Shown piece after piece: positions 8,182 through 15,651 of a DNA stretch of 37,295 nt. Where the stretch lies: positions 1 through 37,295 of IMG/VR virus record IMGVR_UViG_3300022670_000360; one strand, written 5' to 3'. The notes below the pieces were generated by a model. It worked only from the letters and a program-made list of their open reading frames with translations, had not been told where the DNA came from and searched no databases. Position 1 is the stretch's first letter, and each line of letters opens with the position of its first letter. The DNA comes from a virus (Duplodnaviria; Caudoviricetes). Made by a program: the position numbers and the translations under genes.

Positions 8182-8306
8182 TGGGAGGGGTTCGTTAATT
8201 CGTTCCCTCATCCTGTCACGCTGGGGTCTAGGCCCCTCCTGCACTCTACCAAGTCGTGACACAGCTAGAAATAAGGCGTGACAACCTCAATGAAAAACAA
8301 TGCTAT

Positions 8307-8930
8307 ATATGATTTTGGTGAGCGCGGAAGTGAGCGGTTCGTTCCTGTTCTGAATGCCGCCATGCTCAGTATCGGGCGGCCTAATCTGAGCCGTGCTAGA
8401 AGTAACGACTGGCCCGCGTTCTCCAAAGTCATATGCGTGTCCTATGGACTGAATAAGGCAAGTGCCAAGGCCTTCGGGCCTAGGTTCTTAATACCCGTAC
8501 TAGAGGAAGGGCTTGCCGAATATCTTTTGGGCGCATTAGAGACAAGCTCCACTGAGCTACTAAGCCACTTCCCTGCTAGTGGTGTCTCGAAAAGCAGGGG
8601 ATTATTTGCTCTTATACCTAGCGTATGTAGAGTATTCGGGGTCGTGCTTCGGTGCGGCCCTAGCTATTTTGGGTTACCAACATTTTACCAGAACAAAGAT
8701 GTTCCCCTACCAAGGGGTCTATAAGTATGGTCACGTTCCGGGACTTCACCCCATCCCCTTGCTGGCTTGAATAGGCCGATAGGATAATGTGTCGCTAGAG
8801 AAAGATACTCAGGGCTGCTTGGTGCACTTACGCACAGACACGGTAAACGGGACTGAGAATATTCGTCATAGACCAGAGCGTTGACAAGAAGGGGGCTTCT
8901 TTCTCAGCGGGTGGGAAAGTTGTATTTAAA
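8307..8930 (+). ncRNA. Putative large structured ncRNA or RNA-primed origin element
   Basis: 21-position stem 8307-8327/8414-8434 with G-U pairs; two cUUCGg hairpins (8468-8481, 8639-8660); two pseudoknot-compatible pairings; 3' boundary uncertain. Confidence 0.65.
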
Positions 8931-8941
8931 CAAGGGCTAGA

Positions 8942-9454
8942 ATGAAAAAAAACTATTCTCATTTGTTCAAAAAACGCGCGGTTGCGTATTTAAAGCACAA
9001 GCACGGGCTGGCAGACGCTTACAAAATGAAGAACAGCGAATTGATGGTTATGATTGAAGCGGCGCTAGGACTAGAGACGCCCTGCGTAACCGGAAAGCAA
9101 AAACGCTACAAAATGATGTTTGGTCTGTTGCCGAAGCCGATACCAACGAAGAAAAAGAAGCCGAAGAAGCAGAACGAGAATAAGAAATACGAGAGGTTTT
9201 ATCAATCGGCACCATGGAGAATGGTTAGATATGACGCTTACGAGAAAAACGATGGCCGCTGTGAATGCTGCGGGCGTAGTGCCAAAGAAGGAATTTATCT
9301 AAACTGCGACCACATCAAGCCACTACGCGAGTTTTGGAAATTACGCCTAGACCCGGAGAACCTGCAAATACTTTGCAACGAATGTAATCACGGCAAAGGC
9401 AACAGATACTCAACAGACTGGCGAAAAGGGAAAGGTATGGAAAATGAGCTTTGA
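8942..9454 (+). CDS. HNH endonuclease with N-terminal extension
   Basis: FY.S..WR..R...CECCG...DHIKP...LD.ENLQ.LC.ECN.GKGN. Confidence 0.92.
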   Translation: MKKNYSHLFKKRAVAYLKHKHGLADAYKMKNSELMVMIEAALGLETPCVTGKQKRYKMMFGLLPKPIPTKKKKPKKQNENKKYERFYQSAPWRMVRYDAYEKNDGRCECCGRSAKEGIYLNCDHIKPLREFWKLRLDPENLQILCNECNHGKGNRYSTDWRKGKGMENEL

Positions 9455-9878
9455 TGAATTTTACGAACTTTATCCTAGAAAGGTAAAAAAGGGCCACGCT
9501 GAAAATATGTATGTTAGGGCTATAAAAAAAGTCACGCACGAAACTTTGATGACAGGCTTGCGTAATTGGGTGGTTTATTGGAGAACAAACAAGACTGAAA
9601 TGATACATATCCCGCATCCAGGCTCTTGGCTTAATCCTAAAAACAAATCATGGGACAGTGATGAAATTAAAGGTCTTGGCGAAACATTGAAAGAAACCGC
9701 ATACTGCAAAGCCTTTAAAATAAGGTGGGAGCTGCGCCAGCCGCCAGATTGGCGGGCAATGGGGGAAGGCGTGGAGAGGGCTTGGTTAGCTGATTGGGAT
9801 CAGAGCATACACGGCCCCAGACCTGCAAGTGTTGGCGCTCTGCGGAGAATGTACCGAATAGATCAGTGGCAGGAATGA
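9444..9878 (+). CDS. Phage replication-initiator C-terminal-domain-like protein (no N-terminal HTH)
   Basis: FDEFY..YPRK..K..A ... IPHP.SWLN...W motif begins at residue 3. Confidence 0.7.
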   Translation: MSFDEFYELYPRKVKKGHAENMYVRAIKKVTHETLMTGLRNWVVYWRTNKTEMIHIPHPGSWLNPKNKSWDSDEIKGLGETLKETAYCKAFKIRWELRQPPDWRAMGEGVERAWLADWDQSIHGPRPASVGALRRMYRIDQWQE

Positions 9879-10432
9879 TGGGTAAGCGATCAGAATTTAA
9901 GCGCCGCAAGAACGATGCGTACATGACATGGGACACCAGGGCAGTTATTCCTCTATTATCTCATGTGAATCCTTTAACAACATTTATTGACCCTTGCGCC
10001 GGAGATGGAAGTTTAATAGACCAATTACACAGCCACAATATTTTATGCATATTGGCGGGGGATATAAACCCACAACGTAAAGACGTATTAAAATTGGATG
10101 CTTTGACGCTGCCTTATTCAACTACAGTAATCACTAACCCACCTTGGACTCGTGTGTTACTTCACCCAATGATTGAGTATTTTATAGAACACGCGCCGGA
10201 AGTTTGGCTGCTGTTTGACGCAGATTGGTGCTATACTAAACAGGAGAAATTAGCCAAGCGGACCGGCTGTAAAACGACACCAGAACTGCTTGAAAACTGC
10301 CACTCAATCGTAAGCGTGGGGCGCTTGAAATGGATAAAAGACAGCCTGCATGATGCCAAAGACAATTGCGCTTGGTATGGATTTCGTAAAGGCAAACAGG
10401 AAACCCGATTTTATGGGCGTATGAACGAATGA
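9875..10432 (+). CDS. DNA amino-methyltransferase (m6A/m4C)
   Basis: Motif I DPCAGDG and motif IV ITNPPW; ATGA-coupled start at 9875. Confidence 0.88.
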   Translation: MMGKRSEFKRRKNDAYMTWDTRAVIPLLSHVNPLTTFIDPCAGDGSLIDQLHSHNILCILAGDINPQRKDVLKLDALTLPYSTTVITNPPWTRVLLHPMIEYFIEHAPEVWLLFDADWCYTKQEKLAKRTGCKTTPELLENCHSIVSVGRLKWIKDSLHDAKDNCAWYGFRKGKQETRFYGRMNE

Positions 10433-10779
10433 TACTTCCCTTTCCAATTTCAGTTAACACCGCCTACGCTACGAACTGGAAGACCAAACGCAGGTTTCGG
10501 TCGAAAGAATACGAAACATGGCACAAAGCCGCGCAGGACGCGCTGTGGACACAAGCTATCCCCGACTGGTGTAAGGGCCCCATAAAACTGGAACTGGCTC
10601 TGGTACGCCCTGACAAGAGACGCAGAGATTTATCGAATTATGTGAAAGTTGTGGAGGATTTCTTGGTCGACATGAAAATCATAGAGGACGACAGCCAGAT
10701 TGAGCATTTAACCGTGTTCTGGTCCGAAGGCTTTGAAGGTGTTAAAATAACAATAACACCCCTAGAGCCGCAAGCATAA
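10429..10779 (+). CDS. rusA: RusA-family Holliday junction resolvase
   Basis: LPFP.SVN, RRRD.SN..K...D.L....I.DDSQI. Confidence 0.9.
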   Translation: MILPFPISVNTAYATNWKTKRRFRSKEYETWHKAAQDALWTQAIPDWCKGPIKLELALVRPDKRRRDLSNYVKVVEDFLVDMKIIEDDSQIEHLTVFWSEGFEGVKITITPLEPQA

Positions 10780-10894
10780 CCCCGCCAACAATCATGCCGC
10801 CAAGAATCGCAGGCGCGTTTGCGTACAATTTCTTCCAGAAACCAAGGGGTTCATAAGCCAATGACCTAATGTGTTTTTGGTAATCGTTGGTCAT
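10742..10894 (-). CDS. Left-arm unit 8: 50-aa protein with C-terminal TM helix
   Basis: AAGGA RBS right after CGCCCG site 10905. Confidence 0.65.
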   Translation of the reverse strand: MTNDYQKHIRSLAYEPLGFWKKLYANAPAILGGMIVGGVMLAALGVLLLF

Positions 10895-10911
10895 GAGGTC
10901 CTTTCGGGCGT

Positions 10912-11154
10912 TTAAGTTGATTTTAATTGTTGGGCTAATTCCACACATTGGTTAGCAGTACTCGCGCCTGTTACAGCGGAGAGTTTGACCATGCCTAAGC
11001 CGAAATGCTTTGGCGGTTTTGCGATAGCAGTCGTTGCCCACCCACTCAACTGCACCGCCAGCGCAGCTAACTTACTGGTGGGAGCCTCCGCTATTTGGTC
11101 GGTAAATATTTTGTCCCACTCAGGCGTCCATGTTTTTGGTTCTGGTTCTGGCAT
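10912..11154 (-). CDS. Left-arm unit 7: hypothetical protein
   Basis: GGAGG RBS right after site 11167. Confidence 0.7.
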   Translation of the reverse strand: MPEPEPKTWTPEWDKIFTDQIAEAPTSKLAALAVQLSGWATTAIAKPPKHFGLGMVKLSAVTGASTANQCVELAQQLKST

Positions 11155-11182
11155 CGTCACCTCCATCGGGCGTTAGTGTAAG

Positions 11183-11374
11183 TTAATCTTTAGGCGTTAT
11201 TCGCTGGTAATCTGTGTAAACACAGGCGGGAGCAATTTGATTGGCGAATTGAAATTCATCTTCATCTAATTTCTGATTACCAGAAAGTGTTAAGTGTTGT
11301 CCCGTTTCTTTGTCTTCAAAGATAACATCAAAGTTGTCATTGTTGTATGTGCAGATGCTCATTGTTAATTTCAT
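11183..11374 (-). CDS. Left-arm unit 6: hypothetical protein
   Basis: Follows site 11387. Confidence 0.7.
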   Translation of the reverse strand: MKLTMSICTYNNDNFDVIFEDKETGQHLTLSGNQKLDEDEFQFANQIAPACVYTDYQRITPKD

Positions 11375-11400
11375 CTTCTATCCAATCGGGCGTTTAAAAG

Positions 11401-11556
11401 TTATTCTGCTATCTCGCTCTGCTCGGCCTCTGTTACTAATTCAACAACGACTGACCCCGGTATAGAAACCTCTACGCCGTTAACAACAAAAAGAAGATCA
11501 CCTGATAAATCAAAATTATAATTGACGTGGCCATTTTCAAAATCCTTGTGGTGCAT
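11401..11556 (-). CDS. Left-arm unit 5: 51-aa protein MHHKDFENGHVNYNFDLSGD...
   Basis: Not in ORF track; GGAG RBS after site 11566; stop abuts next site. Confidence 0.7.
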   Translation of the reverse strand: MHHKDFENGHVNYNFDLSGDLLFVVNGVEVSIPGSVVVELVTEAEQSEIAE

Positions 11557-11577
11557 AATAGTCTCCGGGCGTTTGTG

Positions 11578-11784
11578 TTAGTCTTCCAGGTAGAGAGATG
11601 TTTCCGCACTGACCGTCTGGGTTTCTTCGCCGCTCTCTTCTTTGGCATCTACAGGAAAAGTCTGCCTGACCTTCAAGGACGTAACAACGCCATCCATCGC
11701 GGCGACTTCAATAGCAGTATTTAGCTCTATTACCGCTTTGTGAATAGCATTCCGATAGCCAAGTGCTTCGTGTGTATCAATCAT
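11578..11784 (-). CDS. Left-arm unit 4: hypothetical protein
   Basis: GGAG RBS after site 11808. Confidence 0.7.
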   Translation of the reverse strand: MIDTHEALGYRNAIHKAVIELNTAIEVAAMDGVVTSLKVRQTFPVDAKEESGEETQTVSAETSLYLED

Positions 11785-11821
11785 CTTAGTTCTCCATTGT
11801 GCCCAATCGGGCGTTTAAAAG

Positions 11822-11986
11822 TTATTTAGTTAACGGCACAGCAGCCGAGCCGTTTAACAGGGCCACGCGAGATATTGCGTCGGCTTCGTCTATGTGGTCG
11901 CTCAGAGATTCAAAATGACCATCAGGCCGTGTAAAACCGACCGTCCACAAGTTTGGTTCTCTTTCTGTCTGTATCATCGTGTGCAT
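11822..11986 (-). CDS. Left-arm unit 3: 54-aa protein MHTMIQTEREPNLWTVGFTRPDGHFESLSDH...RVALLNG
   Basis: Not in ORF track; GGAG RBS after site 11996. Confidence 0.75.
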   Translation of the reverse strand: MHTMIQTEREPNLWTVGFTRPDGHFESLSDHIDEADAISRVALLNGSAAVPLTK

Positions 11987-12009
11987 AATAGTCTCCGGGC
12001 GTTTAAAAG

Positions 12010-12543
12010 TTATTGCGCTCTCGGTATTGGCGGCTGGATTTTCATTAAATCCTGACCGTCGAATAATTTGATTGCAACCATTTGAGCAATGTTAGCACGA
12101 GCCTCTTTCACCGCATCGTTTTTAACGTCATCGAGAACCGCTCTAAATTCTTTTGTGAGGGCGACAAGAATAATGTCGTTCATCATTTCCTTGAGCCCCT
12201 TGATATTTTTGTTGCCCCAACTTTGGTTATTCTTTGGCTCCGCCGTGGCCCACACATTAATTGCCTCATCGATAATATTTTTGAGGGTGTGTTTGCCGTC
12301 GTCGAACCGTATGCCACGCCTCATAATCTTTGCAACAGTATCGTCGATCATTTTGGTGACTGTTGCCAATGCCTCCGTCTTGATTTCGTCTATGACGGGC
12401 TTTTCAAGTGTGGTGTAAATGCGGGAAGCTAGTTCATGGACCACTTCGCCCTTAAGAAACTCATTGAAGGTTGGTCCTTCGCTGTATTCGTCGCCGCGAT
12501 ACCATTCTTCTACATCAATTTCAAACTTTACTATTGTCATCAT
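12010..12543 (-). CDS. Left-arm unit 2: 177-aa helical protein
   Basis: AAGGAGG RBS after site 12553; the longer start in the ORF track overlaps unit 1. Confidence 0.75.
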   Translation of the reverse strand: MMTIVKFEIDVEEWYRGDEYSEGPTFNEFLKGEVVHELASRIYTTLEKPVIDEIKTEALATVTKMIDDTVAKIMRRGIRFDDGKHTLKNIIDEAINVWATAEPKNNQSWGNKNIKGLKEMMNDIILVALTKEFRAVLDDVKNDAVKEARANIAQMVAIKLFDGQDLMKIQPPIPRAQ

Positions 12544-12559
12544 TACCTCCTTCGGGCGG

Positions 12560-12736
12560 TTAAATTGATTTTTCGCCACGCGCTTTCGCGAGGGCTTTAG
12601 TAACCATATCCTTTGTTTTGCCGTATAATATAAACACGTTTTTTTCTGCGATAAGCCGCTCGTTTTCGAATAAGATGTGCTCAAGCGCCTCGTACATATC
12701 AGGAGCAGCGGCGGCTAGTGTGTCTTTATTATCCAT
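12560..12736 (-). CDS. Left-arm unit 1: AAAPD-x-x-EAL...ALAKARG motif protein
   Basis: GGAG RBS after site 12750; motif common in small phage proteins. Confidence 0.75.
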   Translation of the reverse strand: MDNKDTLAAAAPDMYEALEHILFENERLIAEKNVFILYGKTKDMVTKALAKARGEKSI

Positions 12737-12777
12737 CTTGTTCTCCAATCGGGCGTCTTAATATTTCAATTCAATTC

Positions 12778-12814
12778 TTGACACCCTTATACATTTATCA
12801 TAATGTGGTGTCAA
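12778..12814. promoter_or_regulatory. Palindromic overlapping divergent promoter/operator
   Basis: TTGACACC...GGTGTCAA inverted repeat; minus strand TTGACA-N17-TATAAG; plus strand TTGACA followed by CATAAT. Confidence 0.7.
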
Positions 12815-12845
12815 TTCATAATTAAACAATAGTGGAATAAAGTTT

Positions 12846-13340
12846 ATGGGCGAAAAAATAGGGTACATACAGAGGCGGTCCCGCACTATTACGCCGGAAC
12901 AGCAGACACAAGAGCTTCTCGCGTTGGGATGCCAGCAGATATACGAAGACCTTGATGATTTTCTTTCTGAGGCCACCTTGCGCGAGGATGATATGCTCAT
13001 GGTTTGGTCTATTGGTATCATAGGTCGGGTAAACATTACCAGGGCGTTTCTAGCTGCGGCCAAGGCCAATTGCAGCGGCATATACAGTGCGAAGGCCAAG
13101 CGTTTTTATTCTCTTGATTTGCCCCACGCTCAGACGATTCACGATGCCTATGAGGAAATGAAACAGCATGAAGATAAGGTGCGCTCAGAGGCCACGAAAG
13201 GCAAATCCGGGCGGCAACCCTCCGGCGCATGGGATAAGCAAGCTGACATACGCGCTCTAGCCGATGACGGGGTACATATTGACGACCTGGCTATCCGGTT
13301 TGGGGCTAGTTCTGCCACAATACGAAGGATAATCAAATGA
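12846..13340 (+). CDS. Degenerate small serine recombinase (resolvase/invertase-like) with C-terminal HTH
   Basis: IGY...Q...L...GC..IY, LR..D.L.V.....GR, then GR.P and a Hin-type HTH; canonical YxRVS and DRLGR are altered. Confidence 0.75.
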   Translation: MGEKIGYIQRRSRTITPEQQTQELLALGCQQIYEDLDDFLSEATLREDDMLMVWSIGIIGRVNITRAFLAAAKANCSGIYSAKAKRFYSLDLPHAQTIHDAYEEMKQHEDKVRSEATKGKSGRQPSGAWDKQADIRALADDGVHIDDLAIRFGASSATIRRIIK

Positions 13341-13489
13341 GCGAAAAACAAATAGAAGCGTCAAGACCCATGGTTTCTTTGGGGGCCGCTATTCTTGTAT
13401 CACAATTAAGCAAAAAACCTATCTATGTGGTGGACAAAGATGGAAATAAAACCCTGCTGGTTCACCCTTATTTGGAGCAACACAAATGA
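13337..13489 (+). CDS. Right-arm unit: 50-aa MSEKQIEASRP...
   Basis: Not in ORF track; ATGA-coupled at both ends. Confidence 0.65.
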   Translation: MSEKQIEASRPMVSLGAAILVSQLSKKPIYVVDKDGNKTLLVHPYLEQHK

Positions 13490-13776
13490 GCGACAACCCA
13501 CAAGAAATATTGGATCCAGAAACGCGCAAACAGATTGACGCGATAAATAAGCGCCTAAAGACTGATGCCGCGTTAGAAAATGATTTACTTGGTGCGTTTG
13601 CAATCGGGGGTCTGACAGATGCAGGCTATGTTGTGATTGGGCCAGAAGCAATTGAACGTTTAGTTCTGGAATTTTGGCGGCGTGGTTCTGTCCCTAATGA
13701 ACAATGGGTCGCGGTCTCGTATGAACGTCGGGACAAACTTCGGGAGCAAATAATGGCAATGATTGGAACTTTTTAG
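13486..13776 (+). CDS. Right-arm unit: hypothetical protein
   Basis: ATGAGC start, GGAG RBS. Confidence 0.7.
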   Translation: MSDNPQEILDPETRKQIDAINKRLKTDAALENDLLGAFAIGGLTDAGYVVIGPEAIERLVLEFWRRGSVPNEQWVAVSYERRDKLREQIMAMIGTF

Positions 13777-14076
13777 ATGAGCGCCGTTGACATTTTTGAT
13801 TTGGTTAATCAGGAGGATTTACCGGAAAATATTCGGATTTCTTTGAAGACCGACAGAAACGATGTTCTTGGACAAGCCATTCTCGATTTATTCGCTATCA
13901 AAAACGTCCTCACTTTAGACGAAGTTATTTTAGGCTTGTGGCGGCGCTCAAAAATAACTCTTAAACGCAGTCAGGTTAACACAAAGCTTTACAATATGAC
14001 GCGCTTTGGAGACCAATCATTAATCTCTGTTGTCGGCAAACGAGGCTGTTGGTCGGCCAAAAAGAAAGGCAACTAA
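13777..14076 (+). CDS. Right-arm unit: winged-helix-like protein
   Basis: LTLDEV...L.R.....KR.QV..KLY.M......V.G.RG.W resembles a wHTH. Confidence 0.6.
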   Translation: MSAVDIFDLVNQEDLPENIRISLKTDRNDVLGQAILDLFAIKNVLTLDEVILGLWRRSKITLKRSQVNTKLYNMTRFGDQSLISVVGKRGCWSAKKKGN

Positions 14077-14077
14077 G

Positions 14078-14359
14078 ATGAGCCACCTAGGCTATTCAAA
14101 AAATGAATGCGGGACGCGCATTGCACTTCATAAATGCGACACATGCGGCATTGAATATACGGTGACTGCCCCGAAGGCAGATTATAGTCCCGAAAATTTC
14201 CAAGATTGTCTGGCCCCTGAGTGTGCCAGTTATGACGTAAATCGGGACATGGATTTGTTATTTATGACAGACGATGAGATTGCCCGCGAAAAAAAGATTG
14301 TGCCTATTAATCTAAAGGCCAGACGTGCGGCATTGCAGAGGGAGTTAATAAACAAATGA
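14078..14359 (+). CDS. Right-arm unit: zinc-ribbon protein
   Basis: CDTCG...CLAPEC; ATGAGC start at 14078 after AAAGG. Confidence 0.7.
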   Translation: MSHLGYSKNECGTRIALHKCDTCGIEYTVTAPKADYSPENFQDCLAPECASYDVNRDMDLLFMTDDEIAREKKIVPINLKARRAALQRELINK

Positions 14360-14511
14360 GCGATGTTGAGAAATATATACAGAACCAGAAAAATCGCGGC
14401 ATGTGGTTTCCAGCGCCTCAGTGGGCTTGCCAGTGTGAGGTGATGGCCCGACATCAAAAGGTTATTGCTGAGATGCAATATCGCAATCACATATTGGAGT
14501 TACAGAGATGA
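14356..14511 (+). CDS. Right-arm unit: 51-aa MSDVEKYIQNQ...
   Basis: Not in ORF track; GGAG RBS; ATGA-coupled. Confidence 0.65.
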   Translation: MSDVEKYIQNQKNRGMWFPAPQWACQCEVMARHQKVIAEMQYRNHILELQR

Positions 14512-14717
14512 GCGATAGCATTTTTGCGAACCCAACCACCGGCAAAAACCTCCGGGCTTGTGGGGGCGTGGCTCCTCCGCCCCGCACACTAGACAATGTT
14601 CTGGGGGCTCGCATGTTACCTAGACCCATTAGTGTTGTCGTGGCCTCGCCCTCTCTTTGCGAGGCGGCACGGGAGATTGTCGAGGGAAAAAGCAAAATTA
14701 TTAAGGAAAGCAAATGA
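14508..14717 (+). CDS. Right-arm unit: hypothetical protein
   Basis: ATGAGC start, GGAG RBS. Confidence 0.55.
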   Translation: MSDSIFANPTTGKNLRACGGVAPPPRTLDNVLGARMLPRPISVVVASPSLCEAAREIVEGKSKIIKESK

Positions 14718-14857
14718 GCCCGACTGACAAAGCATTAAGAATCTTAGAAATTGAGACGTTGGAAAAGTGGCAGTTTCGGCTGTCCTCGGTCCCACCCAAA
14801 AAGATGTTAAAGGCCCTTACGGCGGCGATTAAATCATTGGAAAGTGAAATTTTATAA
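14714..14857 (+). CDS. Right-arm unit: 47-aa MSPTDKALRILE...
   Basis: Not in ORF track; AAGGA RBS; coupled at both ends. Confidence 0.6.
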   Translation: MSPTDKALRILEIETLEKWQFRLSSVPPKKMLKALTAAIKSLESEIL

Positions 14858-15186
14858 TGAGCGATTTGGTTAAAGAAGAATTAGAACGCCTGGGGACATC
14901 AAGGACGATCAAAGACGCCAAACCTCTGGATTACGAGCCGTGGGCCGAGAAGAAGGAAACGAAGATGAGCGATAACACTTTTATCATTGACCACATCAAC
15001 GGGGACAAACCCATCGGTAAAGATACGCGGGTGCGTTTCCAAATCAGCAAACATAATAAGATAGAGGTTTATATGAACCCCAAAGGTAATCTGGTTATTC
15101 ACGCCGTTAGTGATTGCATCGACGATTTCATCATGGCCCCCTGCGTGTCCAACGAAATTGAGGTCGGTTTTGGAGTTTTGAAATGA
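14857..15186 (+). CDS. Right-arm unit(s): apparent in-frame fusion of two MSD-starting units (second start 14965)
   Basis: Internal AAGGA...AAGATGAGCGA at 14965, in frame. Confidence 0.65.
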   Translation: MSDLVKEELERLGTSRTIKDAKPLDYEPWAEKKETKMSDNTFIIDHINGDKPIGKDTRVRFQISKHNKIEVYMNPKGNLVIHAVSDCIDDFIMAPCVSNEIEVGFGVLK

Positions 15187-15347
15187 GCGAGCAAATTTGT
15201 AAAATAGAAGAGAGGGGCGGCAAATTTTATGCTGTTCGGGTAGTGCGTCCTTCTTTTCGTCTTGAAGCCAATAACCGCGAAGAGGCTGAACAGAAAGCAG
15301 TCAAAGCAATGGAAGACTATCACGAACTTTCAATGAGAATGGGATAA
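15183..15347 (+). CDS. Right-arm unit: 54-aa MSEQICKIEERGGKFY...
   Basis: Not in ORF track; GGAG RBS. Confidence 0.65.
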   Translation: MSEQICKIEERGGKFYAVRVVRPSFRLEANNREEAEQKAVKAMEDYHELSMRMG

Positions 15348-15351
15348 ACAA

Positions 15352-15651
15352 ATGAGCGATGAAGTCATCAAGGAACAAGCTAAAGAGATTGAGGAATTGA
15401 AAGCTCGTATCTACGAGTATCACAGAGTTTGGCTTATTGGCGAACTTGATATGAGGAACGCCGGTGGTGTTTCGGATAGAACAATGTCCGAAATCATTTG
15501 TAACCGGGCAGAGATAACCAAACTGCGGGAGGCTTTGAATATTGCTCGCAAGGAAATACAGAGCCGGGATGGTGACACGTTGCCAATGGATATAGCAGCC
15601 GGGGACGCCTGCGTATTAGACGATGAAGCACTTAATGGAGGCCAACACTAA
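15352..15651 (+). CDS. Right-arm unit: coiled-coil hypothetical protein
   Basis: ATGAGC start. Confidence 0.7.
   Translation: MSDEVIKEQAKEIEELKARIYEYHRVWLIGELDMRNAGGVSDRTMSEIICNRAEITKLREALNIARKEIQSRDGDTLPMDIAAGDACVLDDEALNGGQH

Larger units (their letters stand above)
10905..12756 (-). repeat. Dispersed boundary repeat, consensus TAAC-TTTT-AAACGCCCG(A/G), 8 copies
   Basis: CGGGCG core on + strand at 10905, 11167, 11387, 11566, 11808, 11996, 12553, 12750; 24-nt exact pairs 11382-11405/11803-11826 and 11551-11574/11981-12004. Confidence 0.92.

Noticed and set aside
8278-8770. ORFs 8278-8724 and 8579-8770 as protein genes
   Set aside because: Weak starts, no recognisable motifs, no coupling to neighbours; the region is better explained by RNA structure
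8307-9454. Group I/II intron or IscB/omega-RNA locus
   Set aside because: No interrupted host gene, no recognisable group I P7 core or group II domain V, and the HNH protein lacks PLMP and RuvC motifs; a covariance search is still needed for a firm exclusion
12544-12684. Extended N-terminus of ORF 12010-12684
   Set aside because: Overlaps gene 12560-12736; the AAGGAGG RBS supports a start at 12543
10905-12756. CRISPR array
   Set aside because: Repeats are short and degenerate, spacing is about 180-560 nt, each interval holds a complete ORF, and there are no cas genes
10905-12756. Classical integron attC sites
   Set aside because: No RYYYAAC...GTTRRRY palindromic structure of attC length and no tyrosine integrase
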